A stretch of 64,000 nucleotides of DNA from Myxococcales bacterium (GCA_020633625.1 JACKDJ010000014.1:18035-82034); one strand, 5' to 3'; positions 29,001 through 37,768 are shown, counted from the stretch's first letter. Translations and numbers: made by a program. The notes: a model not told the origin generated them from the sequence alone.

Positions 29001-32000
29001 TGAAGTCGAACAGCGCCGCGGGCGCCGTGCTCGGCGCGCGGCCGGTCTTCGGCAGCGGCGACGTGTCGGTCGCTTCGATGTAGTACTGCACGCCCGGCGG
29101 CGCGACGACGAAGCTCGGGATCTGGCCGGTCCACGTGTTCCCGGAGACGCGCACCATCGACGCGGCGCCGAACGCGGCGCCGCCTGTCGTACGGAAGTAC
29201 AGGCTCGCGGAGCCCACGCCCGTCGCGTCGGTGATCGTCGCCGTCACCGTCTGCGCTTCACCGTTCGTGCGCCCGTCGGCGATCTCGGTGTGCACGATCA
29301 CCGGCGGGTCGGGGTCGCCGGTGACGAGGAAGTCCCAAACAGCGGTCGTCGGCGCGCCCCGCGGCGTCGTCGAGTCGTTCGGCGTCGTGGCGTTGTCGAC
29401 GGCGAAGATCCAGTACTCGACGCCAGCTGCGGTCACGGCGGCGCCGGGGATGATGGCCTCGTAGGTCGACCCTGCCGTGTTCGTCATCTCGACGAACGAG
29501 GCCGAGCCGGAGCCGGTCGCTCGGTAGAACAGGTAGGCGCTCGCGACACCCGATGGGTCGCTGATGTCGGCGACGATGTTCACGTCGGTGCCGAGGAGCT
29601 GGCCGTCGGCGATCTCGGTGTGCTGAACGAGCGGACCGACCTCGTCGACGACGCCATACACGGTGGCGAGCGTGGTGTCGGTCGCCGTCAGACCCTCGTC
29701 GTCGGTGACGGTGAGCGTGACGATGTATGTACCGGCCGAGACGTAGCTGTGGCGCGGGCTCGACGCGGTCGAGGTGGAGCCGTCGCCGAAGTCCCAGTGC
29801 CAGGCGACGACACACGCCTGGTTGCCAGCGGAGCCCGGAGACGGAGGCGGGCCACAGGTGCGCGAAGTGCTGCCATCCGGGTCGTACGAGAGCGTGCCGT
29901 CGAAGAAGACCTGCTCAACGCCGCCGGCGTCCTGAAAGACCGCCGGGCCGGCGTCGGCGACCGGGCGTACGTTCACGTTGACGAGGACGCGCGCGTGGTC
30001 CTCGGCGCCGTCGTCGTCGATGACGGTGATGTAGCCCCACTGATTGGTGCCGGCGGCGCTGAATGTGTGGCTGACGCTCTGGCCGGCGGTGACAGTGCCG
30101 TCGCTCATCGTCCAGTAGGCCGAAGCGATGGTCCCGTCGGGGTCGTACGCGTCGGAGCCATCGAACGTGAAGGCCTCGCCGCGCGGCACCATGATGCTGT
30201 CGGTGACGGCGTCGGCGCGCGGCTCGCGGTTGGCGGCGGGGTCGTGCTCGAACGCACCGATGTCGACGCGCGAGCCGATGGTGCGTGCATTCCCGAGGAT
30301 GTCGCGTGTCGGCGCGCGCGGCGCGCTGGCGTACCCGGCGTTGATCGACAGGGACTCCGCCCAAAGCTTGCCGTCCCACCAACGCGGGAGGCTGTCCCAG
30401 TCGTCGTCCTCGATCAGCGGGTCACTGGTGAGGTTCCCAGAGCTCGTCGTCATGGTGCCGGTGATCGTCCCGCCAAACAGCGTGTTGTTGTAGGCGTAAT
30501 CGACGGCCTCGTAGCCCGACGGGGAGCCGATGTCGCGGATCGCATAGCCCGAGGCTTGCTCGATGACGTTGTTGTACATGTACACATACATCGTGCGGCT
30601 CGAGCTCGACGTGTTGCGGTAGTACGAGATCCCGGTCCCCTGATAGACGAGGGTGTTGTTGATCGCGTAGAGGTCGTACTGGCCGTTCACCGAGCTGGTC
30701 GAGTAGATGCCCGACGACGTATGGGTGATGTACGAGCTGCGAACGTCGGCCGACGAGTTCAGGAGGTAGACTCCGGTGCCGCTGCCGGTGCCGATGATCG
30801 ACGTCGCGAGGATGTCGATCTTGTCGTTCGCGGTCGTCCCGTCGACGCTGTTCGCATAGATGCCGGCGGTCGCCGGTCGATAGATGAACAGGTCTTCGAG
30901 GTCAGGGCCGCCCGGCCCCTCGGCCCAGACACCATACGTTGGGTACTCGATGCGCAGGTTGTCGAGGACCGACGACGTGGCGTTCTCGAGGTAGAGGCCC
31001 CACCAGACGCCTGCGGTCGTGCCGGTCCCCTGGACGCGGATGAGGCTCTGGGCGCCCGTCCCGACGGCCGTCATCGTGGCGCCGCTCAGGACGCGGATCT
31101 CGACGCGGTTCGACTGTTGGCCGCCGCCCATGTCATCTGCGCTCGGCACGACGTCGAGGCGCGCGCCGGGCTCGATCGTCAGCGTGCGACCCGGCGGCAC
31201 GACGATGTCACCGAGGACCGTGTATGGCGAGCCCGCGGCGGTGAAGGTGTAGCTGTCCCAGAGGTAGCCCTCGATCTGCGGACCGACATCGCCGACGTAC
31301 GGGAGCGCGCCGACCTCGTGTCCTCCGGAGCCCAGCGCGCGGTTCGGCGAGTGCTTGGTCGGGGCGTAGTCGCGAGCGGCGATGTCGGCGTAGAGAGGGT
31401 TGTAGCTGAAGCAGCTCGCGCTGGTCGTGAGATAGGCGTACGAGGCAGTCGTGTTCCCCCAGACGTTCGACGACGAGCACGAGAACGCGGGAGGGTACGA
31501 GCCGTTCGACAGGTCCTGAAGACCGTAGCCGGTGTTGTGTGTAACGGAGCTGTCCGAGATCGAGACGCTGAGCGCGCGCGACGAGCTCGAGGTGTTTCGA
31601 CCAAACGAGAAGCCGGTCGCACGGTTGTTCGCGATCGTAAGGTTCGACAGGCTCGCGCTGCGGCTCGTCCCCGCGGAGAGGTACTGGTAGATGCCCTGAG
31701 AGCCGTTGTCGTAGATGCGGCCCGTGTCGTACGTGAACCCGGAGTCGCTGACGTAGAGGCCCTGCTGGTCGTTGCTGTAGATGTCGACGTCGACGAGGTC
31801 GATGACGGCGCTCGTGGTCACGTACACGCCGCGGGCGTTCGAGAACAGGTCGACGCTCTCGACCGAAGGCGTGCCGCCCTCGATGTAGATGCCCGCGTAG
31901 CTGCAGTGGTGGATCGTCGAGCCGGCGACGATGTGGTCGTTCCCATACAGCGACACGCCGCGGTACGCGTAGCCGAGGTCGACCTGCGAGACGTTGAACG

Positions 32001-33429
32001 CCTCGGCGCCCGCCGGGATGACGATGCCGTACCAGTCCCCGCGCGCCGGGGTCGCGGCGTCGGAGGTCATGCGCACGGGGCGCGAGTTGGTCCCGTCGGC
32101 CTCGAGCGTGCCCTCGACGCGCAGCTCGATGTGGTTGGGGTCGAGCCCGCCGCCCATGATGTCCGTCGTCGCCATGCGCAGGCGCGCGTCGGGCAGGAAC
32201 GTCATCGTCGCGCCCGGAGCGATGACGATGTCACCCTCGGCGACTGTCACCGACGACGCGGCGAACGTGTGGTTCGTGTACCAGAAGCCGTGGATGCCGG
32301 TGCCGCTCGATGCGCCGCCGTACGGCACCGCGCCGATGATCTCACCGCCGGCCGTGACCTGGTAGTACCGCGCGGGGCTGCGCTCGGTCGGCGCGTAGTT
32401 GCCGTTCGTCGGGTCGGCGAGCAGGGCGTTGTACTCGAGGGACTGTGACTCGCTGACGGTCGCGTACGAGAACTTCGTCCCGTTGTTCCACACGACGTTG
32501 CGCGTGAACGTCGCGCTCGACGCCGGGTAGCTGCCGTTCGACGCGTCACGCACGACGGTCGTGTTGCCACCGAAGATCGAGTCCGACATCGACAGCGAGA
32601 TGGTCCGGCTGCTGCTCGACGTGTTCCGGTAGAACATCACCGCGGTCCCGTTGTTCAGCATCGTGCAGTTGTCGACACCCAGAGTCCAGGCGCCGTTCAC
32701 GGTGATGTAGGAGTAGGCTGCCGCCGAGGTCATCCCGTCGAACACGGTTCGAGCAATGCTGACGTTGGCCCCCGTGGCATAGACGCCGTACGAGCCGCCA
32801 ACGAACTGGCTGTCCTGGACCGTGATCGACGTCGGACCTGTGCCGTACACGTAGTAGCTCGTGACGCCCGTTCCGCTGCCGGTGAAGCCGTCGATCGTCA
32901 CCGAGCCACTGCCCGTGAGGTAGGCGCCGTAGCGGCACGAAGCGAGCTCGATGTCGCTGATCGATACCGTCCCGCCTCCGCCGGCCACCCAGTCGAGCGC
33001 GTAGTCCGCGTACTCGAAGCGGGCGTTGTGGAGGTTGATGTTGGCCCCCGACTCGATCCGCAGCCCTTCCCACGACCCTGTCGCGGTGCCGGAGCTCGGC
33101 TGGAACAGAATCGCTGTGCCGCCGGTGGCGTCCGCAGACAGCGAGCCCCCGGCGTTGACGATCAGCTCGGTGTCACCGCCCGTGATGTTCGCCTGAACGA
33201 CGACGCCCGGCTCGATCGTCAGCGTCGCGCCCGACTGGACGACCACGTCGCTGGTCATCACGTACGGCGAGCCCGCGACCGTCCACGTCGTGTCGAAGTT
33301 GATCCCGCCGGACACGTTGGTCGCGGCGTCGGCCGTCGACGGGGCCAACACCGCGGCGGCCGCGCATGCGAGGAGGGTCAGGAGGGTCGCTGGCAGGGTG
33401 CGCGGGAGCGCGATGCGGCGGGCGGTCAT
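23017..33429 (-). CDS. Giant (~3470 aa) secreted surface protein with an N-terminal right-handed parallel beta-helix region, PKD-like modules, ~25 tandem ~100-aa Ig-like repeats and a C-terminal MYXO-CTERM sorting signal
   Basis: Signal peptide MTARRIALPRTLPATLLTLLACAAAAVLAPSTADA. N-terminal region (~aa 100-1100) has the low-complexity/degenerate repeat character of a right-handed parallel beta-helix; individual repeats not aligned. Repeated units such as DTTAPTIVHTPIANGQPAGAAVTVSATVTDATGV...YYISATD. C-terminus ...NGCASAPGSTPSGLPLLLTALALVAVRRRRRG matches the GC + hydrophobic + Arg-run MYXO-CTERM pattern. The antisense 2945-aa ORF is Arg/Gly-rich shadow. Confidence 0.8.
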   Translation of the reverse strand: MTARRIALPRTLPATLLTLLACAAAAVLAPSTADAATNVSGGINFDTTWTVAGSPYVMTSDVVVQSGATLTIEPGVVVQANITGGDTELIVNAGGSLSADATGGTAILFQPSSGTATGSWEGLRIESGANINLHNARFEYADYALDWVAGGGGTVSISDIELASCRYGAYLTGSGSVTIDGFTGSGTGVTSYYVYGTGPTSITVQDSQFVGGSYGVYATGANVSIARTVFDGMTSAAAYSYITVNGAWTLGVDNCTMLNNGTAVMFYRNTSSSSRTISLSMSDSIFGGNTTVVRDASNGSYPASSATFTRNVVWNNGTKFSYATVSESQSLEYNALLADPTNGNYAPTERSPARYYQVTAGGEIIGAVPYGGASSGTGIHGFWYTNHTFAASSVTVAEGDIVIAPGATMTFLPDARLRMATTDIMGGGLDPNHIELRVEGTLEADGTNSRPVRMTSDAATPARGDWYGIVIPAGAEAFNVSQVDLGYAYRGVSLYGNDHIVAGSTIHHCSYAGIYIEGGTPSVESVDLFSNARGVYVTTSAVIDLVDVDIYSNDQQGLYVSDSGFTYDTGRIYDNGSQGIYQYLSAGTSRSASLSNLTIANNRATGFSFGRNTSSSSRALSVSISDSSVTHNTGYGLQDLSNGSYPPAFSCSSSNVWGNTTASYAYLTTSASCFSYNPLYADIAARDYAPTKHSPNRALGSGGHEVGALPYVGDVGPQIEGYLWDSYTFTAAGSPYTVLGDIVVPPGRTLTIEPGARLDVVPSADDMGGGQQSNRVEIRVLSGATMTAVGTGAQSLIRVQGTGTTAGVWWGLYLENATSSVLDNLRIEYPTYGVWAEGPGGPDLEDLFIYRPATAGIYANSVDGTTANDKIDILATSIIGTGSGTGVYLLNSSADVRSSYITHTSSGIYSTSSVNGQYDLYAINNTLVYQGTGISYYRNTSSSSRTMYVYMYNNVIEQASGYAIRDIGSPSGYEAVDYAYNNTLFGGTITGTMTTSSGNLTSDPLIEDDDWDSLPRWWDGKLWAESLSINAGYASAPRAPTRDILGNARTIGSRVDIGAFEHDPAANREPRADAVTDSIMVPRGEAFTFDGSDAYDPDGTIASAYWTMSDGTVTAGQSVSHTFSAAGTNQWGYITVIDDDGAEDHARVLVNVNVRPVADAGPAVFQDAGGVEQVFFDGTLSYDPDGSTSRTCGPPPSPGSAGNQACVVAWHWDFGDGSTSTASSPRHSYVSAGTYIVTLTVTDDEGLTATDTTLATVYGVVDEVGPLVQHTEIADGQLLGTDVNIVADISDPSGVASAYLFYRATGSGSASFVEMTNTAGSTYEAIIPGAAVTAAGVEYWIFAVDNATTPNDSTTPRGAPTTAVWDFLVTGDPDPPVIVHTEIADGRTNGEAQTVTATITDATGVGSASLYFRTTGGAAFGAASMVRVSGNTWTGQIPSFVVAPPGVQYYIEATDTSPLPKTGRAPSTAPAALFDFTVSSGDTVAPVIVHTPIANGQLQGTPIIITAGIVDTGGSVASADVHYRTAGSGAAYTSLAMTRSSGNTWTATIPGAGILPPGVEYYIAARDAAPNEAVDPATAPTTPYSFTVTAVDSTGPTITHTPIANGKPPGVAVTVTATVSDPSGIGVVQLKYRPSTFPVFSTIDMTHIGGGVYQADIPAFSVAAPSMYYYIRATDTPGNESRAPTTAPTTPYNFTVTTTDTTAPSIAHTPVANGQPAGVAVPIQAVVVDASSLTVDLLYRVTGAATYTTASMTLGTGDVWSASIPAGSVTVAGVDYYIRATDGASNSAVSPTTAPTTPNHFTVTAPDTTAPSLVHTQVSSPQTRLAAVPISVVAVDATGVASVQLHYRRTGTVSWTDLTLTAGAASTWTGSIPGASVLDPGVEYYLTAVDTAPAANVATLPVGGAGAPFSFTVPAPDTTAPAIVHTPITSSPAGSDVTWTATITDAVGVTTATVYVSFDSGTYNAVTMTHGTGDTWSAVGSWLFVPSGTATVSYYIQAQDAAGNVGTYPPEGSSAPRVIVIQYPDTTAPTVSVNAISSPQIVGTPVAVTVTATDAGSGVSTVAGYYRVTGATTWTTLTLSGSGPYTGTIPGAAVVEPGVQVYAHATDGVGNAADSATVSFTVTPPPDLTPPTIVLATVANGQPEGQAVAVSAEITDLTGVASAALYYRVTGAASYQNVAMSLSGGAWRATIPGASVTTAGVDYYVRAVDSAPAGNVAVAPASAPATPARFTVEPTDLAGPSITHVAPALPIYAGSNVSIEADVTDPSGVEEVQVYWRTSGTTAWTLVTPSVAGGHYTASVGPVAAPGFDYYIAATDLLANASADPSTAPLAWRSRTVTVPDTTGPSITHTPIANGRDPGVSVAVTAVVTDASGVASVTMRYRQQGSSGAFASLPLTASLAGEYNAILPSVAVTEPGVEYYLEAVDSAPGANVATSPSGAPTSLHRFTVGVTPVDTTPPAIAHTPITSARAAGAAVPVSAVVVDASGVGAVTLYFRVRGTTTWLSAAMTGGLAGAYSGSIPALAVVAPGVDYYLSATDAASPSNTALDPAGAPTSFHTFDVFVPDTTAPTIVHTPIANGQPAGAAVTVSATVTDATGVGPVTLYFKRSTDATWLSTAMSGSGGAYSASIPSGSVAAPGVSYYISATDTAPAANIATSPAGAPTSFHTFTVVTADVAAPSITTTLVSGPIAAGTATTVSARVTDSSGVASATLYFRASGTSSWLSVAMSASGDTWSGTLPGTVILVPGVDYYVSATDGASPSNTAVDPSDAPASFNSFEVFVPDTTAPTITHTPIADGQPVGAAVAVSATVTDATGIANVTLYFRRSGDATWLSTAMARSGETYTASIPGSSVAAPGVNYYISATDSAPAPNTAVNPAGAPATFHTFTAVTTDLAPPTISLTPVASPVVAGTPTTVLARITDSSGVASATLYFRATGSSAWLSVAMTAAGDVWSATLPGTVVVAPGVDYYVSATDRAATPNSAVAPASAPATPSMFVVTTPDTTAPTIVHTPTTATLVSGRPLTLDATVTDASGIASATVYYRVVGETSYTTLAMTPAGDTWSATIPARAVAAPGVQYYLQAVDGASPSNTARAPATAPAVPYAVVVVDPDTTGPTVELDVPVGPYTAGAPITFTAGVTDPSGVGTVTLSTSGATDETWTETPMTLVGGRYSATLPGSAVVAGELAYFVEASDTIGNVTLEPAGGELRPEILVVDPITGPDLVPPVITHTPVTEVTAGTSIDVIATVTDASGIDEVRLYVQIADSGVWLDDVMDHTGADEYRLTIPGDDLVAGFAYYYIEATDLSVAANVATSPEGAPTAVYEVLVTEVGDDVGGDAGGDAGDDVGADAGDDVGGDAGGDVGGDTGSDAGGDAGDAGGDAGGDTGSDAGSDAGADGGSDAGSDAGGDAGDDGISGFDTGGDDGGVTPLDGGSDGGSGPKRNGCASAPGSTPSGLPLLLTALALVAVRRRRRG

Positions 33430-33628
33430 GCAGAGACTCGACACGTAGGGGGATGGAGCACCCGGCGTCTTAGCCCGCTCTCGGGCCCGAATCAACGCGG
33501 GATTTGGGGGCCCGACGGCGGCTCCCGAGCGGCGACGCGCGCGTTGACGCCGAGCCCTGCGTCGCCCTAAGCCTACCGACCGACGCCGAGACAGTCGGCG
33601 CACTCGCTGCCCCGAGCCCCCGCGCCCC

Positions 33629-35437
33629 ATGACAGACGTCAAGGAGTTCTCGTCTCTCGTCGACATGCAGCGCTGGGCCTGCGCGACCTTTGGCGATCGG
33701 CCGGCGATCGGCACCAAGCGCGACGGCGCCTACGCGTGGACGACGTTCGCGGAGCTCGGTGAGCTCGTCGACGCGATGCGCGCCGCCCTCGTCGGCGCCG
33801 GCGTCGAGCGCGGCGACAAGGTGGCCGCCATCTCGAACAACCGCCTCGAGTGGGCCGTCGCCGCCTACGCCACCTACGGCATCGGCGCGCACTTCGTCCC
33901 GATGTACGAGGCCCAGCTCGAGAAGGACTGGCGCTACATCCTCGAAGACGCAGGCGCGACCGTGCTCTTCGTGTCGACGACGCCGATCTACGACAAGACG
34001 CGCGGCATGGCCGGAAAGGTCGGCCGACTGCGCGACGTCGTCTGCTTCGACGCGCCCTCCGACGCGCCGCACGCGTGGTCGACGTGGCTCGCGCGCGGCC
34101 GCTCTGCACCGGTCGCCGCGATCGAGCCCGACTGGGACGAGACCGCCGGCCTCATCTACACGTCCGGGACCACCGGAAAGCCGAAGGGCGTCGTGCTCAG
34201 CCACGGCAACTTCGTGTCGAACCTCAACTCCGTGAACTCGGTCATCCCGCGCGACCCGGCCGACGTCAGCTGCTCGTTCCTGCCGTGGGCGCACTCGTTC
34301 GGACAGACCGCCGAGCTGCACGGGATGCTCAGCGCCGGGGCCGCCATCGGCGTCGCCGAGAGCGTCAACACGCTGCTCGACGACATTCAGCTCGTGAAGC
34401 CCACCGTCCTGTTCTCGGTGCCGCGCGTCTTCAACCGCATCTACGACGGCGTGCAGAAGCGGTTCGCGGCAGAGAAGCCGGTCAAGCGGCTGCTGATCAA
34501 CCACGCGCTCGCCGTCGCCGCGCGGCGCCGCAAGCTGGCCGAAACGGGGCAGCAGTCGGCCCTCGTCGAGCTGCAGCATCGGTTCTTCGACGAGCGCATC
34601 TTCGCGCAGGTCCGCGCGCGCTTCGGCGGCCGCCTCAAGTTCGCCTTCAGCGGAGGCGCCGCGCTGCAGCGCGAGGTCGCCGAGTTCATCGACGACATCG
34701 GCATCGTCGTCTTCGAGGGCTACGGGCTCACCGAGACGTCGCCCATCGCGACCGCGAACCGCCCCGACGCGCGCCGGATCGGCACGATCGGCAAGCCGAT
34801 CCCCGGCGTCAGCATCTTCGTCTGCGACGAGCACGGTCACGCCCTCCCCCAGGGCGCCGAGGGCGAGCTCGTCGTCGTCGGCCCGAACGTCATGCAGGGC
34901 TACCACAACCACCCCGAGTCCACGGCAGAGGTCATCTTCGACCTCGACGGCCTGCGCGCGTTCAAGACGGGCGACATGGGGTGCGTCGATCCCGACGGGT
35001 TCGTGCGCATCACCGGCCGCTTCAAGGAGCAGTACAAGCTCGAGAACGGAAAGTACGTCGTGCCGACGCCGCTCGAGGACCAGCTCAAGCTCTCCGGCTA
35101 CATCGACCAGGTCTTCCTCTTCGGCGACAACCGCCCCCACAACGTCGCGCTAGTCGTCCCCGACTTCGACGCCTGCCGCGCGTGGGCGTCGGCCCGCGGC
35201 GAGACGCTCGCCACCAACGCCGACGTCGCCCGATCGGCGTCGGTCCACGAGCTGATCGGCGCCGAGCTCCGCAAGTTCTCCGGCGAGTTCAAGGGCTTCG
35301 AGAGCCCGAAGCGCTGGGCGCTGCTGGCCGAAGGGTTCTCGACCGAGAACGACCTGCTCACGCCCAAGCTCAGCGTGAAGCGCCGGAACGTGCAGGCGCG
35401 CTACCAAGCCGAGCTCGACGCGCTGTACGCAAGCTGA
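33629..35437 (+). CDS. Long-chain fatty-acid--CoA ligase (AMP-dependent synthetase/ligase family)
   Basis: AMP-binding motifs IYTSGTTGKPKGVVLSHGN, ...YGLTETSP..., GDMGCVDPDGFVRITGRFKEQYKLENGKYV. 602 aa. Confidence 0.85.
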   Translation: MTDVKEFSSLVDMQRWACATFGDRPAIGTKRDGAYAWTTFAELGELVDAMRAALVGAGVERGDKVAAISNNRLEWAVAAYATYGIGAHFVPMYEAQLEKDWRYILEDAGATVLFVSTTPIYDKTRGMAGKVGRLRDVVCFDAPSDAPHAWSTWLARGRSAPVAAIEPDWDETAGLIYTSGTTGKPKGVVLSHGNFVSNLNSVNSVIPRDPADVSCSFLPWAHSFGQTAELHGMLSAGAAIGVAESVNTLLDDIQLVKPTVLFSVPRVFNRIYDGVQKRFAAEKPVKRLLINHALAVAARRRKLAETGQQSALVELQHRFFDERIFAQVRARFGGRLKFAFSGGAALQREVAEFIDDIGIVVFEGYGLTETSPIATANRPDARRIGTIGKPIPGVSIFVCDEHGHALPQGAEGELVVVGPNVMQGYHNHPESTAEVIFDLDGLRAFKTGDMGCVDPDGFVRITGRFKEQYKLENGKYVVPTPLEDQLKLSGYIDQVFLFGDNRPHNVALVVPDFDACRAWASARGETLATNADVARSASVHELIGAELRKFSGEFKGFESPKRWALLAEGFSTENDLLTPKLSVKRRNVQARYQAELDALYAS

Positions 35438-35532
35438 GCCACCGGCACCGCGGAGCGCGAAGCGGCGCTTTTTTGCGCGCCCCCGCAGACAGGCTATCTC
35501 CGTGTCGGACACGCACCGCGCGGTACGGCACC

Positions 35533-36366
35533 ATGACCACGACCCTCTCCGCCCGCGTCGTCGCGGCGGCCTCATCCCTGGCGATCCTCTCGCTCTGCGC
35601 AGTCGCCGCCGCGCAAGACGCCCCCGACCCGGCCGCGGCGGCGCTGCAGGTGACCCCGACGCTCCGGACGTTCACCGAGACCGCGACGCTGTCGATGACG
35701 GGCCTGCTCGAGGTCGAGGCCGCATACCGGCTCGACATCGCGGCGCTCGACGGACCTGTCGCGCACGACCTCGACGTCCACAGCGCCGAGCTGCTCGTCG
35801 GGTACGCCGTCTCGCCGGTGTTCGAGGGCCGCGTCGGCTGGCACCTGTTCAGCTTCAGCGAGAGCGACGAGTTCGGCCGCTACGGCGGGCTCGGCAACCC
35901 CTACGTCGACGGAAAGTTCCGGCTCCGGCTGCCGTCGTCGTCGACGCCGCAGTCGCTCGCGATCCGCGGCCGTGTCGAGGCCGGCCTGGCGCGCGAGCTG
36001 GGCACCGAAGGGGCCACCCTGGGCGCGGCCGTGCTCTACACCGTCCGCGTCGGCGACTTCCTCATCGACGCGAACGCCGGCGTCGACTTCAACACCGCGC
36101 AGAGCCCCGCCTACGTCTCGATCCCCCTGAGCGGACGAGGCACGTGGGAGCCCACGGTTTGGTGCGACGTGTACGCCGAGCTCATCGAGGTGCTGAGGGT
36201 CGACGAGCTGCGAACGAGCGCGACGCTGGTGCGCGGCGGAGTCGGGTTCATGCCGGTCGACACGGTGTCGCTCGACATCACCGGCGGCGTGGGTCTGTCG
36301 ACGACCGTCCCCGCCGGCCAGCTGATGCTGAGCGCGGCGTTCCTGACGCGTCCACCCAGCCGATGA
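35533..36366 (+). CDS. Secreted hypothetical protein (signal peptide, beta-rich), stop overlapping the thiO start
   Basis: MTTTLSARVVAAASSLAILSLCAVAAAQDAP signal peptide. ORF end at 36366 overlaps the thiO ATG at 36363. Confidence 0.5.
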   Translation: MTTTLSARVVAAASSLAILSLCAVAAAQDAPDPAAAALQVTPTLRTFTETATLSMTGLLEVEAAYRLDIAALDGPVAHDLDVHSAELLVGYAVSPVFEGRVGWHLFSFSESDEFGRYGGLGNPYVDGKFRLRLPSSSTPQSLAIRGRVEAGLARELGTEGATLGAAVLYTVRVGDFLIDANAGVDFNTAQSPAYVSIPLSGRGTWEPTVWCDVYAELIEVLRVDELRTSATLVRGGVGFMPVDTVSLDITGGVGLSTTVPAGQLMLSAAFLTRPPSR

Positions 36367-37547
36367 AGCTGGTTCGGCAGCCAACGACAGCGGCAGCAGC
36401 GAGCGAGCCACTCGAGCTCGAGGCGGAGGTGGCGGTGGTCGGCGGCGGGCTGATGGGGCTCGGGATCGCGTGGCGCCTCGCGCAGGCCGGCCGAACCGTC
36501 GTGTGTGTCGACGCGGCGGCCGCGGGGAGGGGCGCGAGCTGGGCGGCGGCGGGGATGCTGGCGCCGTATGCGGAGCTCGACTTCGACGAGGTGGAGCTGC
36601 TCGAGCTCGCCGAGTCGAGCCAGCGTCTGTGGCCGGAGTTCGCCGCAGAGGTCGCCGCGGCGGCAGACGCCGACGTCGGGTTCGACCCGTGCGGCTCGCT
36701 GGTCGTCGCTGTGGACCGCGATGACGCCGAGGCCCAGGAGCGGCTGTTTGCATACCAGCGGTCGCGGGGGCTCGACGTCGAGCGCCTCGGCGGGGCCGCG
36801 TGCCGCGAGCGCGAGCCGCTGTTGTCGCCGCGCGTGCACTCCGGGACCTGGAGCCCGGGCGAGCACCAAGTCGACCCGCGGCGGCTGCTGCCAGCGGTCG
36901 AGGTCGCCGGGACGCGGGCAGGCGCGACCGTGCGTCGGGGCGCGTCGTGCGCGCGTGTGGAGGTGTCGGCCGGAGAGGTCGCCGGCGTGGCGATGGCCGA
37001 CGGCGGGCGCGTTCGCGCACGGCAGGTCGTCGTCGCCGCGGGAGCGTGGAGCCGAGCCGTCGACGGCCTCGAGCCGCACCGCCCGCCGGTTCGGCCGGTG
37101 AAGGGGCAGATGCTGGCGGTCGCGCGCGACCCGGCGCTGACCCTGGGGCACGTGATCCGCTCGCCAGACGCCTACCTCGCGCCGAAGGCCGACCGCTGGG
37201 TCGTCGGCGCGACCTCCGAGGACCGCGGGTTCGACGACCGGGTCACGGCGGGTGGCGTCTGGGAGCTGCTCGACGGCGCCTACGCGGTCGTGCCCTCGAT
37301 CTACGAGCTCGAGCTGGTGGAGGTCTGGACCGGGTTTCGGCCGGCGAGCCGCGACAACGGCCCGATACTCGGCGGCTGCGACGTCGGCGGGCTGTTCTTC
37401 TGCACGGGCCACTACAGGAACGGAATCCAGCAGGCGCCGGCGTCGATCGACGGGGTCGCGGCGGCGGTGTTGGGGCGGAGGGTCCCGGCGTCCCTTGCGC
37501 CGTTTGGCGTGGGGAGATTCGGCGCCGCGCCGCGGGGGGTACGATGA
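36363..37547 (+). CDS. thiO: Glycine oxidase ThiO (FAD-dependent)
   Basis: FAD-binding VAVVGGGLMGLGIAWRLAQAG at the N-terminus, DAO-family features (…GHYRNGI…). Immediately followed by, and overlapping, thiS. Confidence 0.75.
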   Translation: MKLVRQPTTAAAASEPLELEAEVAVVGGGLMGLGIAWRLAQAGRTVVCVDAAAAGRGASWAAAGMLAPYAELDFDEVELLELAESSQRLWPEFAAEVAAAADADVGFDPCGSLVVAVDRDDAEAQERLFAYQRSRGLDVERLGGAACREREPLLSPRVHSGTWSPGEHQVDPRRLLPAVEVAGTRAGATVRRGASCARVEVSAGEVAGVAMADGGRVRARQVVVAAGAWSRAVDGLEPHRPPVRPVKGQMLAVARDPALTLGHVIRSPDAYLAPKADRWVVGATSEDRGFDDRVTAGGVWELLDGAYAVVPSIYELELVEVWTGFRPASRDNGPILGGCDVGGLFFCTGHYRNGIQQAPASIDGVAAAVLGRRVPASLAPFGVGRFGAAPRGVR

Positions 37548-37768
37548 ACGAAACCGACGAGATCGAAGTGAGCATCAACGGGGCGCCGCTGCGGCTGCGC
37601 GCGGGCGCGACGCTGCCAGATGCGCTCGCGACGCTGGGCATCGGCGTCGAGTCTCGGGGGGTGGCCGTGGCGCTCGACGGAGAGGTGGTCCCGCGCTCGC
37701 GCTGGCAGGTGACACACCTGGTGACAGGGTCACGCGTCGAGGTCGTGTCGGCGGCGCAAGGCGGCTAG
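37544..37768 (+). CDS. thiS: Sulfur-carrier protein ThiS
   Basis: 74 aa, MNETDEIEVSINGAPLRL...VSAAQGG with the characteristic C-terminal Gly-Gly. ATGA overlap with the thiO stop. Confidence 0.75.
   Translation: MNETDEIEVSINGAPLRLRAGATLPDALATLGIGVESRGVAVALDGEVVPRSRWQVTHLVTGSRVEVVSAAQGG

Noticed and set aside
23611-32448. 2945-aa ORF on the + strand
   Set aside because: Antisense shadow of the giant minus-strand surface-protein gene. Its translation is extreme Arg/Gly/Asp low-complexity with no signal peptide or domain signatures, whereas the minus-strand frame has coherent repeat-domain structure.
33850-36366. 838-aa ORF spanning the acyl-CoA ligase and the downstream secreted protein
   Set aside because: Artificial read-through of an alternative frame of the ligase gene (Arg-rich). 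Only its last 278 codons, from ATG 35533 with a signal peptide, are credible.
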